Shown here piece after piece: positions 27,453 through 39,625 of a stretch of DNA of 64,000 nucleotides; within the stretch, counting starts at the first letter, position 1; each line of letters begins with the position of its first letter. This DNA is from Azolla caroliniana (lineage: Eukaryota; Plantae; Polypodiophyta), in contig JBHGNT010000017.1 in the NCBI GenBank assembly GCA_043228905.1, forward strand, positions 15,872,001 through 15,936,000, read 5' to 3'. Both the position numbers and the translations under genes were made by a program. The notes beneath the pieces were generated by a model, which was not told the origin of the DNA, made no database searches, and worked only from the letters and a program-made list of their open reading frames with translations.

Positions 27453-27901
27453 GGAAGCTCAAGCCTAAACCGAACCGAACCATTAAACCGTGGTTTGGAG
27501 GTTCGGTTTAGGCTTGACCCGAGCCATCGCTGATTCCTAGGAGGAAAGTCTAGGAAAGGCAATTTCGGTCGATGCGAACAATATAAGAAAAAGGGAGAAG
27601 ATCTCAAAGGGAAAGACTTATCGAATGGTAACTAACGGGAAGGGTTAAAAGCAACTAAAGCAGCATGAGAGAAAGTGATGGGCAACAATGCATGGGAAAC
27701 GTTGAGGAAGCATGTGATAAAAAGTGAATGAGTCAACCAATGCAAGGGTAAGGCCTAGTATATGTTAAATAGGAACAATTCTAGTTTATCCAACAAAGGG
27801 GCTCTTGAAAGCTATATAATGAGCAAGATGGTTCATTGTATAGCTTTATGGTTTTTGGGATTCAAAAACCCAAACTTTGATGAATAAATATCAAGGGGTA
27901 G

Positions 27902-28744
27902 ACATAGATGATTGGGAAGACAGAGGACATGGAATATCATGTGAAAGACAAGTTCTCTGAGGAGGTGTTATTATGTGGCTCATTTGGTGACATTGTTGCC
28001 TCCTCTCCTTCAAAGATGTTGGTCTTTGTGTGATTGAACCATCGAAGAAGCTGGATATTCGTAGATGTTGTTTATAGGTGGGGTATGGTCTTCAGTACAT
28101 GCGACACAACATGCGAACATGAAGGAATTCTATTCTAAGAGCCCGAAATGGTCAATTGGAGCAATCATGTTTGTTTTGCAACAGCTCTCTGGAATCAATG
28201 TTGTGTTTTATTTCTCCCCAACAGTATTTAGAAATGCTGGAATCAGTTGAGATTTGTTTGCAAGTGTTTAGGTTGGGATTGTGAATCTTCTTACAGATCC
28301 TGACCTGACATAGATGATTGGGAAGACAGAGGACAGGGAATATCATGTAAAAGACAAGTTTTCTGAGGAGGTGTTATTATGTGGTTCATTTGGTGACATG
28401 GTCGCCCCCCTCTCCTTCAAACATGTTGGTCTTTGTGGGATTGAACCATCGAAAAGCTGGATACTCGTAGAAGGCGAACAAGAAGTTTTTCAAGCTACCA
28501 GTCAGGCTGGACAACTAGGTTGGACATTGTTTTCGTTTTTAGATGTGATCTTCTACCTAGTAAAGGTGTTAGTGACAAGGCTGAGTTAGCAGTATCTTGA
28601 TAAATGCCACAACTTATATTTGGTCTTGTTTTTGATAATATATATTTGTGGAGATGAAACAATATTATGTACTATTTGTATACTGCCTCCGAGCCTTTTA
28701 TTAATACCATGGAGCATATGTTTTATAGAAAATAAAAAATAAAA
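27902..28744 (+). mobile_element. Chimeric retroposed insertion (TSD plus poly-A) with a duplicated ~165-bp module
   Basis: 16-bp TSD AAATATCAAGGGGTAG at 27886-27901 and 28745-28760, with an A-rich tail at 28729-28747. Internal direct repeats at ~27901-28064 and ~28307-28471. Confidence 0.8.
28150..28296 (+). pseudogene. Fragment of an MFS sugar-porter gene (plastidic glucose translocator-like)
   Basis: IGAIMFVLQQLSGINVVFYFSPTVFRNAGIS*DLFASV*VGIVNLL carries the sugar-porter QQLSGIN signature with two in-frame stops. Confidence 0.8.
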
Positions 28745-28826
28745 AAATATCAAGGGGTAGTGACTCACAAGGGCGCATCGTAGGCCTACGGTGACCAAGG
28801 CTCATGTTCAACCTTGTTTGAAAATT

Positions 28827-28980
28827 CATTAACCTCCACATAAACTTGCTCACATTGTTCCACTTTATCCTGAGGTAGTATGTGGATTGCATCTCAATCA
28901 ATATTTTGAGATGCTTGTTCTACCCATACTACCTCAGGATAAAGTGGAACAATGTAAGCAAGTTTATGTGGAGGTAAATG
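28827..28980. repeat. Near-perfect ~150-bp inverted repeat / hairpin
   Basis: Arm 28832-28882 pairs with ~28925-28975 with one mismatch. An inner stem is formed by GCATCTCAA/TTGAGATGC. Confidence 0.9.
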
Positions 28981-30055
28981 TTGATAGTATATTGTAATAA
29001 AGTCAAGATACTCATAATAATTGCTTCTATTGTTCGTGGTGTTGTTGCATTCTGATCATTTCAATGTATTATTAAACTTTGTAGCCCCTTTACAAGTCTT
29101 AGCCATGTCAAAATCGGACTCTATAGTCAATTATGAAACCTATATACCTTGTCTTGCTAAAACATTCCTCTTTTTGTGAGTGGTATTTTCATGTTCGATA
29201 CTAGAAAGGCTAGGTTTGGGTGGATGGGGGTAATTTGGAGGATCTCATGACTTTTGTGGTTTTTCAAAGGTCACTAGATTATACCCACAAATTTGATTGT
29301 ATGTTCCTTGCGAGAAGGGCACAATGATGTGTAATGTGCAATAGGTGGCAAAATGACAAATGTTTATTGTGGGAAAGGCTTGGGGGACGCAAGCCAAAAG
29401 ACATTGGAAGCATATTCTTTAGGGAATAAGTCGTCCAATTTTCCTTAATGTTTTGGCCTCCTTTGTACCTAACTTTACGAGCTTTTGTAGATGAGATTTC
29501 ACAAGTTGCGTTGGTGCATTGTGGGGGATAGAGAACACAATTCATGAACCATTTTTGCTTGCTAGCTACGTTTACTTTGCTAAGCTTATAGAAGTTGATA
29601 GGTAATGTCGAAAGGCCCTCACGATCGAAAATTAATGTGCTTTGTCTAGCACATACGACTATAAAATCGAACATTCGATCAAGAGATAATAAAAAACAAA
29701 GCACCCCCACCTCGACCTTGCCATGAACCACAACCAAAATGTTCCAAGCCACATAAGGTGTTGACAAAGTCTACAAATACCGAGGTCAATGCAGATAGTT
29801 GCCTTCAAGAAGGACGGCATAAACTCGGGGCAAGGGCACGCGCAATCATTTCATTCCATGCGATGACAAGGCATGTGATGGTACAACAAAGGCATGAGGC
29901 ACACAAGATGCGATATCGCAAGGGTCGTAGAAGGTCGGTGGAGTGATTGCATCTCAACATCCTGAGCGGTGGCCATGGTCATGGTGTCCAACCGCCAAGC
30001 CAGGCCTTGTTCTCTTGTAGTCCTACCCAAGGGGCATGGTGGTGAATAAACGAAA

Positions 30056-30712
30056 ACTCAAGGGTATGCATACGTACGTACATACATACATACATACATT
30101 GCATGCATGCAACATACGTACATACATGCATACATACATACATACATTGCATGTATGCAACATACGTACATACATTGCATGCATGCAACATACGTACATA
30201 CATGCATGCATGAGTACATACATACATACATACATACATACTCTACATACATACTCTACATACATACATACATACATACATACATACATACATACATACA
30301 TACATACATACATACATACATACATACTCTACATACATACATACATACATACATACTCTACATACATACTCAAGGGTATGCATACGTATGTACATACATA
30401 CATACATGCATGCATGCATACATACATGCATACATACATACATACATACATTGCATGTATGCAACATACGTACATACATGCATGCATGCATGCATGCGTA
30501 CATACATACATACATGCATACATGCATACTCTACATACATTGCATGCATGCGTACATACATACATACATACATACTCTACATACATACATACATACATAC
30601 TCTACATACATACATGCATACTCTACATACATACTCTACATACATACATACATACTCTACATACATACATGCATACTCTACATACATAGTCTACATACAT
30701 AGTCTACATACA
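30056..30712 (+). repeat. ~650-bp compound (TACA)n/(TGCA)n/(TACTCTACA) array
   Basis: Read directly. The anchor ACTCAAGGGTATGCATACGTA recurs at 30056 and 30368. Confidence 0.95.
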
Positions 30713-31860
30713 CATGTAGTTTCCATGGTTATGGATCCTTCTTTTCTCTTTTCCATTTGCCATTCATTCATTGACTTGGTAGTAGTAGTAGTGCCCACAT
30801 ACATCCATCCATCCATCCATCCACCCAAACAGACAGCCTCATCCAATTCCTTCCTTCCTTCCATCTCCATTCCCATCTTTGACCTCATCGGATCTCTGTG
30901 CATCCCCCCCCCCCCCCCCCTCTTTGGAAGGTTAGTTGCCTCACTCATCCTTTCTCTGTTCCCTGGGGTTTTGCTTCTTTGAAGGTTAGTTCTTTTTTAT
31001 TTTCCTTTCAAATCTTCCTTTCTCTTGCATTCTTTTGTTCTTCTGCTTTTGTTTTTAGATTTTGTTCTGCTGATTCATACCTTTCTTTGACATGGCTAGA
31101 TTAAACTCACTTCGATAACTTGCTCATAACCCAGTTTTGTCTTGATCCTAAATTTGCACGCTTTGGTTTGCAAAATATGCCAATATAACATTCCGTTTCT
31201 TTTGCTAGTTCGTTTTAACATTAAATTTGTTACCTTCCATTTCACTCACTTTTACTTTCATTTTAGTGCTCTTGTGATGCTTAGATTGGTTCTGGTAATT
31301 TTCAGTTCATTTGATAATTTACATTGCTTATAATGCCCGATACTTTCAACATCTCTTCTATTGGCTTTTATATGTTGCAGTTCTTATAAGGTTACATCAG
31401 ATTGATGTGCTTCTAGATTTACATGATTTGCAATGCTAAATATGTGGTTAGATTTGTTTTCTTCTGTTCATTTACTTGATTTGCAATGCTAATTATAACG
31501 CTAGATTAGTTTTCTTCTATTTATTTACTTCAATTTGCAGTGCTTTTAAAGGTTGCTATGCTTGTGTGATTCTAAATCTACTTGTTTCGATTTTGTTTAT
31601 ACCATTAAACTTTTGTGCATCTAAAGTTACGTACTTCAATTTGTAATGTACTTAACTAAAAAAATGTTTTCAGCTAAGTCTAAATTCACTCGATAGTTTC
31701 CATTGCTTATGACATTAAATTAGATTGCATCTAAATTTACTTGATTTGCAATGTGCTTATAACCTTAAATTAGTTCGGTTCTAAATTCTGCTTGATTTGC
31801 ATTGTTTGCTCCTAAATTTACTTGATTTTGCATTGCTTCTTCAAGTCAAGGAGTTTGTTT

Positions 31861-32170
31861 TCTGGTAGGTGTTAAGTATTTGTCTGCATTAAAATGGAGG
31901 AGAAGAAGTCCCATTTCTGTTTGCATTGAAACAACTTGATGTTGGCAAGTTGTTAAGCACTGTTAGGTTTCAATCAATCAACGGAGAAGAAGTTAAATTT
32001 TGTTTTCATTAAAATGCCTTGATGTTTGCAAGTTGTTAAGCAGTGTTGGGTTTCAATCAATCGATGGAGGGGAAGAAGTTACAATTTTCTTTGCATTAAA
32101 ATGACTTGATATTGCAAGTTCTCAGGCACTGTTAGATCCGAAGCAATCAACCAATGGAGGACAAGTTGAC
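31861..32170 (+). repeat. Degenerate ~85-90-bp tandem repeat whose last copy contains the ILK start codon
   Basis: ATGGAG/ACGGAG at 31894, 31981, 32064 and 32154. The last three are each preceded by CTTGAT..GCAAGTT..GCA[CG]TGTT..CAATCAA. Confidence 0.85.
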
Positions 32171-35100
32171 AAAAAGTAAGTTGGAGATGATGAAGCATCG
32201 ATTTGTTCTAGGGAGGCAATCTTCTTTAGCCCCAGAGAATGAAAGGTTTGACTATGATGATGATAGACATGAAGAAGAAAGTACATCAGATTCAGTTCTT
32301 TCACTTCCAGAGGATCTTGATAAAGCCATGCTGCTTCTTTTCCTCTCTAACAAAGGTGATATCAAAGGTATTGAGGATCTACTCGCACAAGGATGTGATG
32401 TAAATGGTGGAGATTTCGATGATCGGACGGCTCTTCATGTCGCTTCTTGTGAAGGTCATTCTGATGTTGTGGAATTGCTCTTGAAACATGGTGCCAATTA
32501 CAATGCTCGAGATCGATGGGGCAGCACAGTAATGTCCTTTTTTTTGTTTGATGCGCTGTTTCCATTATCATTAATGTTTTTTTCCTGAAATATAAAGATA
32601 TGATTCTTTTTTAAAGAGACTTTAGCATTCTCAATGAAGAAAGAAAACATACCATTCTTCGTAACAACTACATAGCATTCACATTATTCTTGTCTTTCTG
32701 GATGGAAACATACCATTCTCAAGGAAAACATAATTTTCATTGTTTTTTTCTTAAAAGATTTATCAAAGAAAACATACTACTCTTCTTAAAGATGACATAA
32801 ACTTTTTCCAACATTCTCATTATTGCTGCTTTCTTCTGAAAGAAAACATAAACTTCTTCTTCCATTCTCATTATTATTGTTTTTTCTGAAATATATCATA
32901 AGCTTCTTTCATTTTTAACTTTGTCCTTTTGAAAGGAAATAATGTCCATCCTTGTGAAAGAAGACATAAACTTCTTCCGTCGTAATTGTCTTTTTCTGAA
33001 AAAGAAAGCATATCATTTTTCTGAAAGAATACTTGATTTTCTTATCGTCTAGTAGTTTTTTATTTCCTGAAAGAAGATGTACCATACCATTCTGCTGATA
33101 GGATGCATAAGCTTCTTCGTCTATCCTCAACATAGTGTTGCGTTCTCTTCTTCCTCTTCTAACTTGTTTTCCCTTTCTATCTTGCAGCCTCTTTTGGATG
33201 CAAAACATTATGGCAATAAGGATGTGTGTTTGATTTTAGAGCGAGCTGGAGCCACACTTCCTGTACGTTAATCCATTTGATTGTACTGATCTTTAATCTC
33301 TTCTAGTGGACATCTTAACATGCATTTAAAGCCTATGTAAGGATTTATATCAATCTTTGACATCTTTATATGCATTTGACGGTCAATGTAAGGTTCTACA
33401 TCTATTTCTCCTATATGAATTAACATATTTTATATGTTTTTTGCGATTTCTTTCAACTTCACGTTTGCAAAGAAATCTGGAAATTATTAAGGTCCTGTTA
33501 AGCCCAGAATGGGTTTTCAAATCTAAGCAATGATTCTAGGAGTATCATTTTCATCAGGAGAATGTTTGTTGTTTTGCAGAAAGTCTCTAAGCAAGCTCCA
33601 ATGCAAGTTGCAAATCTAGCTGACGTACCTGAATATGAAGTACGTGATGAAGAGCTTATTAATTGCAATCCAGATAACAAGTTGCCTGAGGTAATTGTTG
33701 TCTCGTGTGGCCTAATTGCTTTGTCAACTTCGCTCCTACATTGATGACCTACAAATATAGCCAATCTCTTCATATAAAGCAAACTAGAAAATATCTCCTC
33801 TTCATGCTGAAATATCTAGCAAAGATCTAAACTTGTGCGGAGGTTGTGATATTGAGCTAGACAGGTGTCAGTATATTCATTCCCAGCTCTAGATGCGTGA
33901 ATTGAAGCATACGTATTGCAACATATCCTGCCAAAATGTAATAAATTACAACGCCATTACATAATACTGAGTTTGATAGTAGATCAATGTGGTGAAGCTA
34001 GTGTTCATGCGATTCTATGAGGTTTTCACTCCTCATGTATAGATTACAAAGCCATGAATTATAGGCAATGATGAAGATTTTGCAACTGTTATCAGATGCT
34101 TTTAAAAAAAGGGAACTATTGTTGGACTAATTGAATTGTATTCTCTTGTTTCCAAAACATTAAAAAATCTTCCTTTCTAACATAGAACTGTTATTGAAAC
34201 TTTCTGCAGTATATGATTGCTAAATGGCACGGCACTCAAGTTGCTGTAAAGGAAATTCCAGGCGACCTATCAAACCAGCCACAGATTGTGTAAGTTCTTC
34301 TTTTTTTCAACTTTTCTTTGTAAGAGTAACATTTTATTCTGTGTTAGACGTGGCACATCATTTAGTTGCCGATAAAACTGTTGTATTATGTGTTTTAGTG
34401 GAACTTTATACATCAGTACTGTGTTATATACAATTTCTAAATAGGAAATTATTTGATTTATGTGACCTTGATTGGACCATTGTTGAGGTAAGAGGTCTGA
34501 TAATTGAAGAACAGATTTTGCATTATTGTAAAGAGTTTAAATCATGTATCTTCTATAGCAATGCTGCTTTATTAATATCAAAGTTTTCATTTGAGATGCT
34601 TGCTTCTTTACGGCAGGTCTGTTTTTCGGAAGGAACTAGCTTTACTACAAAAGCTGCGACATCCCAACATTGTTCAATTTCTAGGGGCTGTAACTCAAAG
34701 CACACCAATGCGTATTATCGTTGAATATTGTGCTGGGGTATGATATGTGTATTATAGGAATAATGTTATGGTAAAGTAGTTCCCTCCTCAATTATGTGTT
34801 ACTTGAGAAATCATATTATATTTAATTTATCCCCTTTTTCTTCCTTTCACGGGCTGACCAAGGGCAAATAGAGAAATAATGAGAAATCAGGGGCATTTGG
34901 TGAAACAAAGATAAATTCGGGTATTGTGGAGTTTTCCCCTATTTTATATTACAGTTGAGCTACATTTTGTAATACCATTGTCTCTTTGACTACATAATTG
35001 GATCCACTCAAGTCTTAGAAAATAATTCTTTGTGTCATGCAATAACCATTTTATGCTAGTAATTGTTCACGGATGGTTGAACGTCCTTAAAAAAGCTGTA

Positions 35101-38100
35101 TTTTTGCATTGTTTGCAGAAGCTTGAGTTTCTTGTTAAGGCTGTGTGTCCATCTCTCTAGGGAATATATGCTTTGCTGATGAATGTCACTTGCACATGGT
35201 CAGTATATAGTGCAATTCGTTCAAGATATGATGACATATTAAGAGGGAGTGATAATTTAAGTGCCATACTTAAGACACCACCTAGAAGGTTGAGGTCATA
35301 TGTGTATGCCTTATTCACGCATAGAGACTTTGTACTTCAATGTATGAATACCCCTTTTTAGGAAGAGACACATATCAAGAACACTTGTATACTCTGGTTC
35401 CATAGGTCAAAACTGGCCTCATTATGGACGAATAAAAATTCTAATTCTAATTCTCTTTCCCTGAACCTAATGTGAACAACACACATTCGTATGAAAAATA
35501 GACCTAGTGCTGCATTTAACTAAGTAGCAGTTTCAACTGTTTGAGGGAACTGAAGAGTGCCAAGTTGGCATGACTAAAGGGGGACTAGAATCTTGTTTGA
35601 TGTAATGTAAGAAAAATACAAAGATGTCAATGTCCTAAATAATGAAAATGTCAATCTAATACTTCTCGGGTGAAGTAGATAAGGTGCAGAAAAACAGATG
35701 ACCTTCAATGTGGTGATGGAAATTGATTTTTTAAGATGATGGCTACTGCAGGGAGATTTGCATTGGTATTTGTCTCAGAAAGGCCAATTGGAGCTAGTAA
35801 AAGCTGTTAGATATGCCCTTGACATAGCAAGGTATGTCCATTTTTTTAAACACAGGAGATAATTGTGTCAAATGAAAAAGACAATATTTGTAACGTCCAT
35901 GTTCTTCCTTTTATGATGTACTTGGCTGATCATGTTTCTATTTCAGTTTGTATAATTTGCCAGTATCTAGTTTGCTTGCAGGTGAAACTTTTCCATTCAC
36001 AATGTCATATCTGTTTTATGTCTGCAGGGGATTAAATTATTTGCATGAATGGAAGCCTGAAGCAATTATTCACTCTCAATTGAGACCAAGGTAATGGATA
36101 TTGGGTTTATTTGTCTGTTGTAACTTGTAAATAAAATCTTCGGGAAAATTGTTTTCATCAGAAGTATAAGTTATGAAGTTAAATTATCACATAAAGTTTT
36201 CTTTAGCCTGGTCGTGTATATACAAGGGCAGATCTTCTCTTTTGGACTTGGAATTCAGGAAAACTTGAAACTCTGCTCATGTGTTCCCTATCCCAACAAG
36301 AAAGAACAACTGAAAACTAGCATATATTTACTTTGAAGTGGGGGTTGCTGATTCCATCGATTTGGACAGCATTATATATTCTATTGAGATACTGCTAATT
36401 TGGCAATTTAACATCACTTTGGAGCATATTCTATGACTGCCATAGGTTCTTGTAGAGTATGACTGTGTATCCCTAAAAGTAACGTATATGTTGAAACTGT
36501 ATGGTGAATCCTGATTGCATGAAAAGGTAACGATACCCCATAATTTGGAATCATCAAATTTAGAGAATATCTACTCTGATCTGCCAGGGTAACAACCAGG
36601 TTGGTTGGCTTTGTTTTGGAACACTTCACCCTTTTTTTGTGCTAGAGTTTCTTATTGTTCAAGTCTACCTATCATTCTCTGGTGGAGTTTCAGAACTCAA
36701 ATTAGTGTTTTTAAGTGTGAAGAACTTTACAACTGGACTCAAACATTTCATACATCAGAATCTAATGCTATCTGGACCGACCATATGCCAATGGGGACCA
36801 TTGGTCTTCAGGACTTTCAAACTTGCTGTCCAAATCATCTTGCCCAAGTTAAAGAGTTCCTGAGGAGAAAATAAAAAGGAAAATATAGCTGTGAAATAAT
36901 GTCATAAAAGAAAAGCAAAAATAACATCTGGCGGTGACAGTGCACATGTAGATAGATATGCACAGGGGCCAAATTGCCCAAATGTAGTTTCACCATCATC
37001 ATGTTGCATTGAATGGTCGAGGTTGGGTACCAGATATACTGAAATTGTGAATCAAGATTGCAACCTAGTGCACTACACGATGATCTGGGAGCATCAAAGT
37101 TGATTTGTCCAGGCCACATAAACTAGTTCAGGCATGACTCTAATGTGTCTGGTGCATGGTGCTCGTAACATTAGTGGGCTTTGCCAATACTTATTGTTAA
37201 TTTCTTCTATCCTACCTAAAAAGGTAGGCCACTTGTTGGATAGGGAAACCACTCTGTGTAATTGAGCCGTGTAAAATAAGGTGCCATGTTGCCTACTTTT
37301 AAAGAGAGAGAGAGAGAGGGTAGAGCGAGAGTAATTTATTCTCTTCTCAGTAAGTTGTCAGAAATATACTTCGGGATAGAGTGGGTTGTCTCAAGGTAGC
37401 AGACTTTCACCTTGGTCCGATTCTGAAAGCATCCTCTGAGATACAACCAGATCCAAACAACTCTTCTCGTGCGTATAATCTCATTCTAGTTACAAAATGA
37501 ATGTGTTGGATCAAGAGTTAAAAACTTTCTTTTAAGCGATCTTCATTTTTGTAATGAATGCAGGTCATTATATGGCCCCTGAACGATTATTGGGAAAAGC
37601 ATTTGACAAGAAAGTGGATGTATATTCATTTGGCCTAATTCTGTATCAGGTATACTCTATCAATTTACAATTATTCAAACCTTATTACATACTTGCAAGG
37701 GTTGAAGGAAGGATGGCTCTTATATATGTGCAGATGATTGAGGGCCCTTCGGAATTCTTTTCTCAGACAGAAGAAGAGATGATTAAGTCCGTCTGTCATC
37801 AAGATGAAAGGCCAACTTTCAGAATGAAGGATAAATATTATCCCGACGGTCTGAAAGGGTGAGATAAAATAATATAACTTGATAGTAATAAGACTGTTAA
37901 GTTATTAAGGCATGGCAAAACATGAAGGCACTAACTATTCTTTCTCAGTCATCACATTGAAATGGATTTGTGAAGCAATTCTGCTAAAAACATGAAGATA
38001 AACACTCCCTCGACCATGTTAAATGATTTACTTTAGAGTCTGCCTTAATAAGATATAAGTCAAAATGCAAGCTTGAGAATGAATCATAGTATGGTTTCTT

Positions 38101-38379
38101 GCATGGCAAGAGAACTATCATTTTGAATGTATATGTACTATCAAGAGAGAGAGAGAGAGAGAGAGAGAGATGGTTTCTTGAACAAACAAAAAAAGAGACT
38201 ATTCCAGGTTAATTGAGCAATGCTGGCATAAGAACCCTACAGACCGGCCAGAATTTGGATATATCATTTCTGAGCTTGTGAGAATCAAACCTTTGTGTGT
38301 GAAGCAAAGCTTTTGGAAACGAATGCTGAGGAGTCCAAAGAGGAACACAAGCCTGAGATCTTTAAGCTTCCGGTTCTGA
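32154..38379 (+). CDS. Integrin-linked kinase-like ankyrin-repeat Raf-like kinase (ILK/APK family), probable pseudokinase
   Basis: GT-AG exons that join in frame: 32154-32528, 33188-33262, 33580-33690, 34210-34289, 34617-34737, 35752-35831, 36028-36090, 37362-37468, 37564-37649, 37734-37858, 38208-38379. ILK N-terminus RFVLGRQSSLAP, ankyrin repeats (DFDDRTALHVASCEG, ARDRWGSTPL), kinase motifs AKWHGTQVAVK, LRHPNIVQFLGAVT, YMAPE, DVYSFG, CWHKNPTDRPEF. Confidence 0.92.
35175..35453 (+). mobile_element. 3' end of a non-L1 LINE in ILK intron 5, (ATTCTA)n tail
   Basis: 35258-35453 is the reverse complement of 39626-39817. It encodes the ORF2 C-terminus (SVYSAIRSRYDDIL..ALFTHRDF), followed by AATAAA and an ATTCTA repeat tail. 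Confidence 0.75.
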
Positions 38380-38475
38380 CGATTGAGCTTATGACTGCAG
38401 TCAAGCCTCGCTAATTTGTAAACAAATAATGTGCTTTGATATTGAATGTTGTGGACAAGAGACAACTTGTATTAT

Positions 38476-38639
38476 TATTGTGGCTGTGAGAATTGTGTAC
38501 TGTTCTTTTGCAAATATAATGTGAAGAGCTTTTATTTGTATACTTCATCGGTTCCCTCTCTCTATTGTGGCTGTGAGAATTGTGTATTGTTCTTTTGCAA
38601 ATATAATGTGAAAAGCTTTTATTTGTATACTACATTGGT

Positions 38640-38693
<54 letters not shown>
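38476..38693 (+). repeat. 87-bp tandem duplication followed by (CT)n in the ILK 3' region
   Basis: TATTGTGGCTGTGAGAATTGTGTA at 38476 and 38563. Confidence 0.9.
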
Positions 38694-38696
<3 letters not shown>

Positions 38697-39625
38697 AAAA
38701 GCACACAATTATATTAATTGTATGTAAAACCCACTTAGTTACAACACTTCTTAGTCTCCTCTACCTATCATATGCCTATGTAGGGAGAGGGACGTTTTGT
38801 AATGCTATTAAAAAACCTGAATATGCATTTGAGGAAATGATCCCCACATGCTCTAACATCCAAAAATTTCACATGAGAATACCTTTAAGCGTCTTTATAT
38901 AGGCTTTCACCTCATGTCTATTATCAAACGTGAAAGCATTACGTATATTTCAATTGTGTTGTAGACCTCAATAACATAAAAATTGGAATAATATCTCCAT
39001 CTCATCATTTGATCCATTTTAAATATATTGAGAAAAAACCCATTGTTGAGGTCTCAAACAACGGGTTAAAACTTGCCAAATGTTCGATAAGTACTTCCAA
39101 ATGGTACACGCTATAGGACATTTAATGAACCTATGTGTACTATCCTCCAATGGAACGGTGCAAAAGAAACAAGTGCCAAACCCTAGTCCTCGTCTCTTTA
39201 TTCAAGGCTGACAAGATATATAATTTAGATGATGATCTCCACTCCCAACTCAATTGGCACATCATAAAGAAAACATGACATGACTGCTCGATGCAAGAAA
39301 GGAAAGAAAATGGGATGTATATAGGTATGGTAAGGTCATTAATACTACGAGAGTTGCATGATGTTGTGTTGTTGAGCATCATCAAGTTGCCTTGAAGGCG
39401 TCTATGTGGGAGTGTGGAGTATGTGACCTTCTACAAGAAAGTGATGGAACTCGTGGTTCCTTTGGATGGACAAGATCATGAGGCCATGGAGTGTGGTGTG
39501 ATGTTGCACCAAAGATGACTTGGAGCACTTCCAGCCTTCTTCAAGTAGGTGATAGAGCAACCTATGATAGGTTTGCATTGTGGCTACCACAATGCTTAAG
39601 AGTAGGATTAGGAATCATTAAGGAT

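Larger units (their letters stand above)
21957..27539. mobile_element. Non-autonomous hAT element (~310 bp of its own sequence) split by the Copia insertion
   Basis: TIRs TAGGAATCAGCAACGGTTCGG ... CCGAGCCATCGCTGATTCCTA. 8-bp TSD GGAAGAAA (21949-21956) / GGAGGAAA (27540-27547). AACCG-rich subterminal repeats. Confidence 0.8.

Noticed and set aside
28871-28880. TGAGGTAGTA in the hairpin arm equals the first 10 nt of animal let-7
   Set aside because: The match ends at 10 nt and let-7 is not a plant family, so this is chance.
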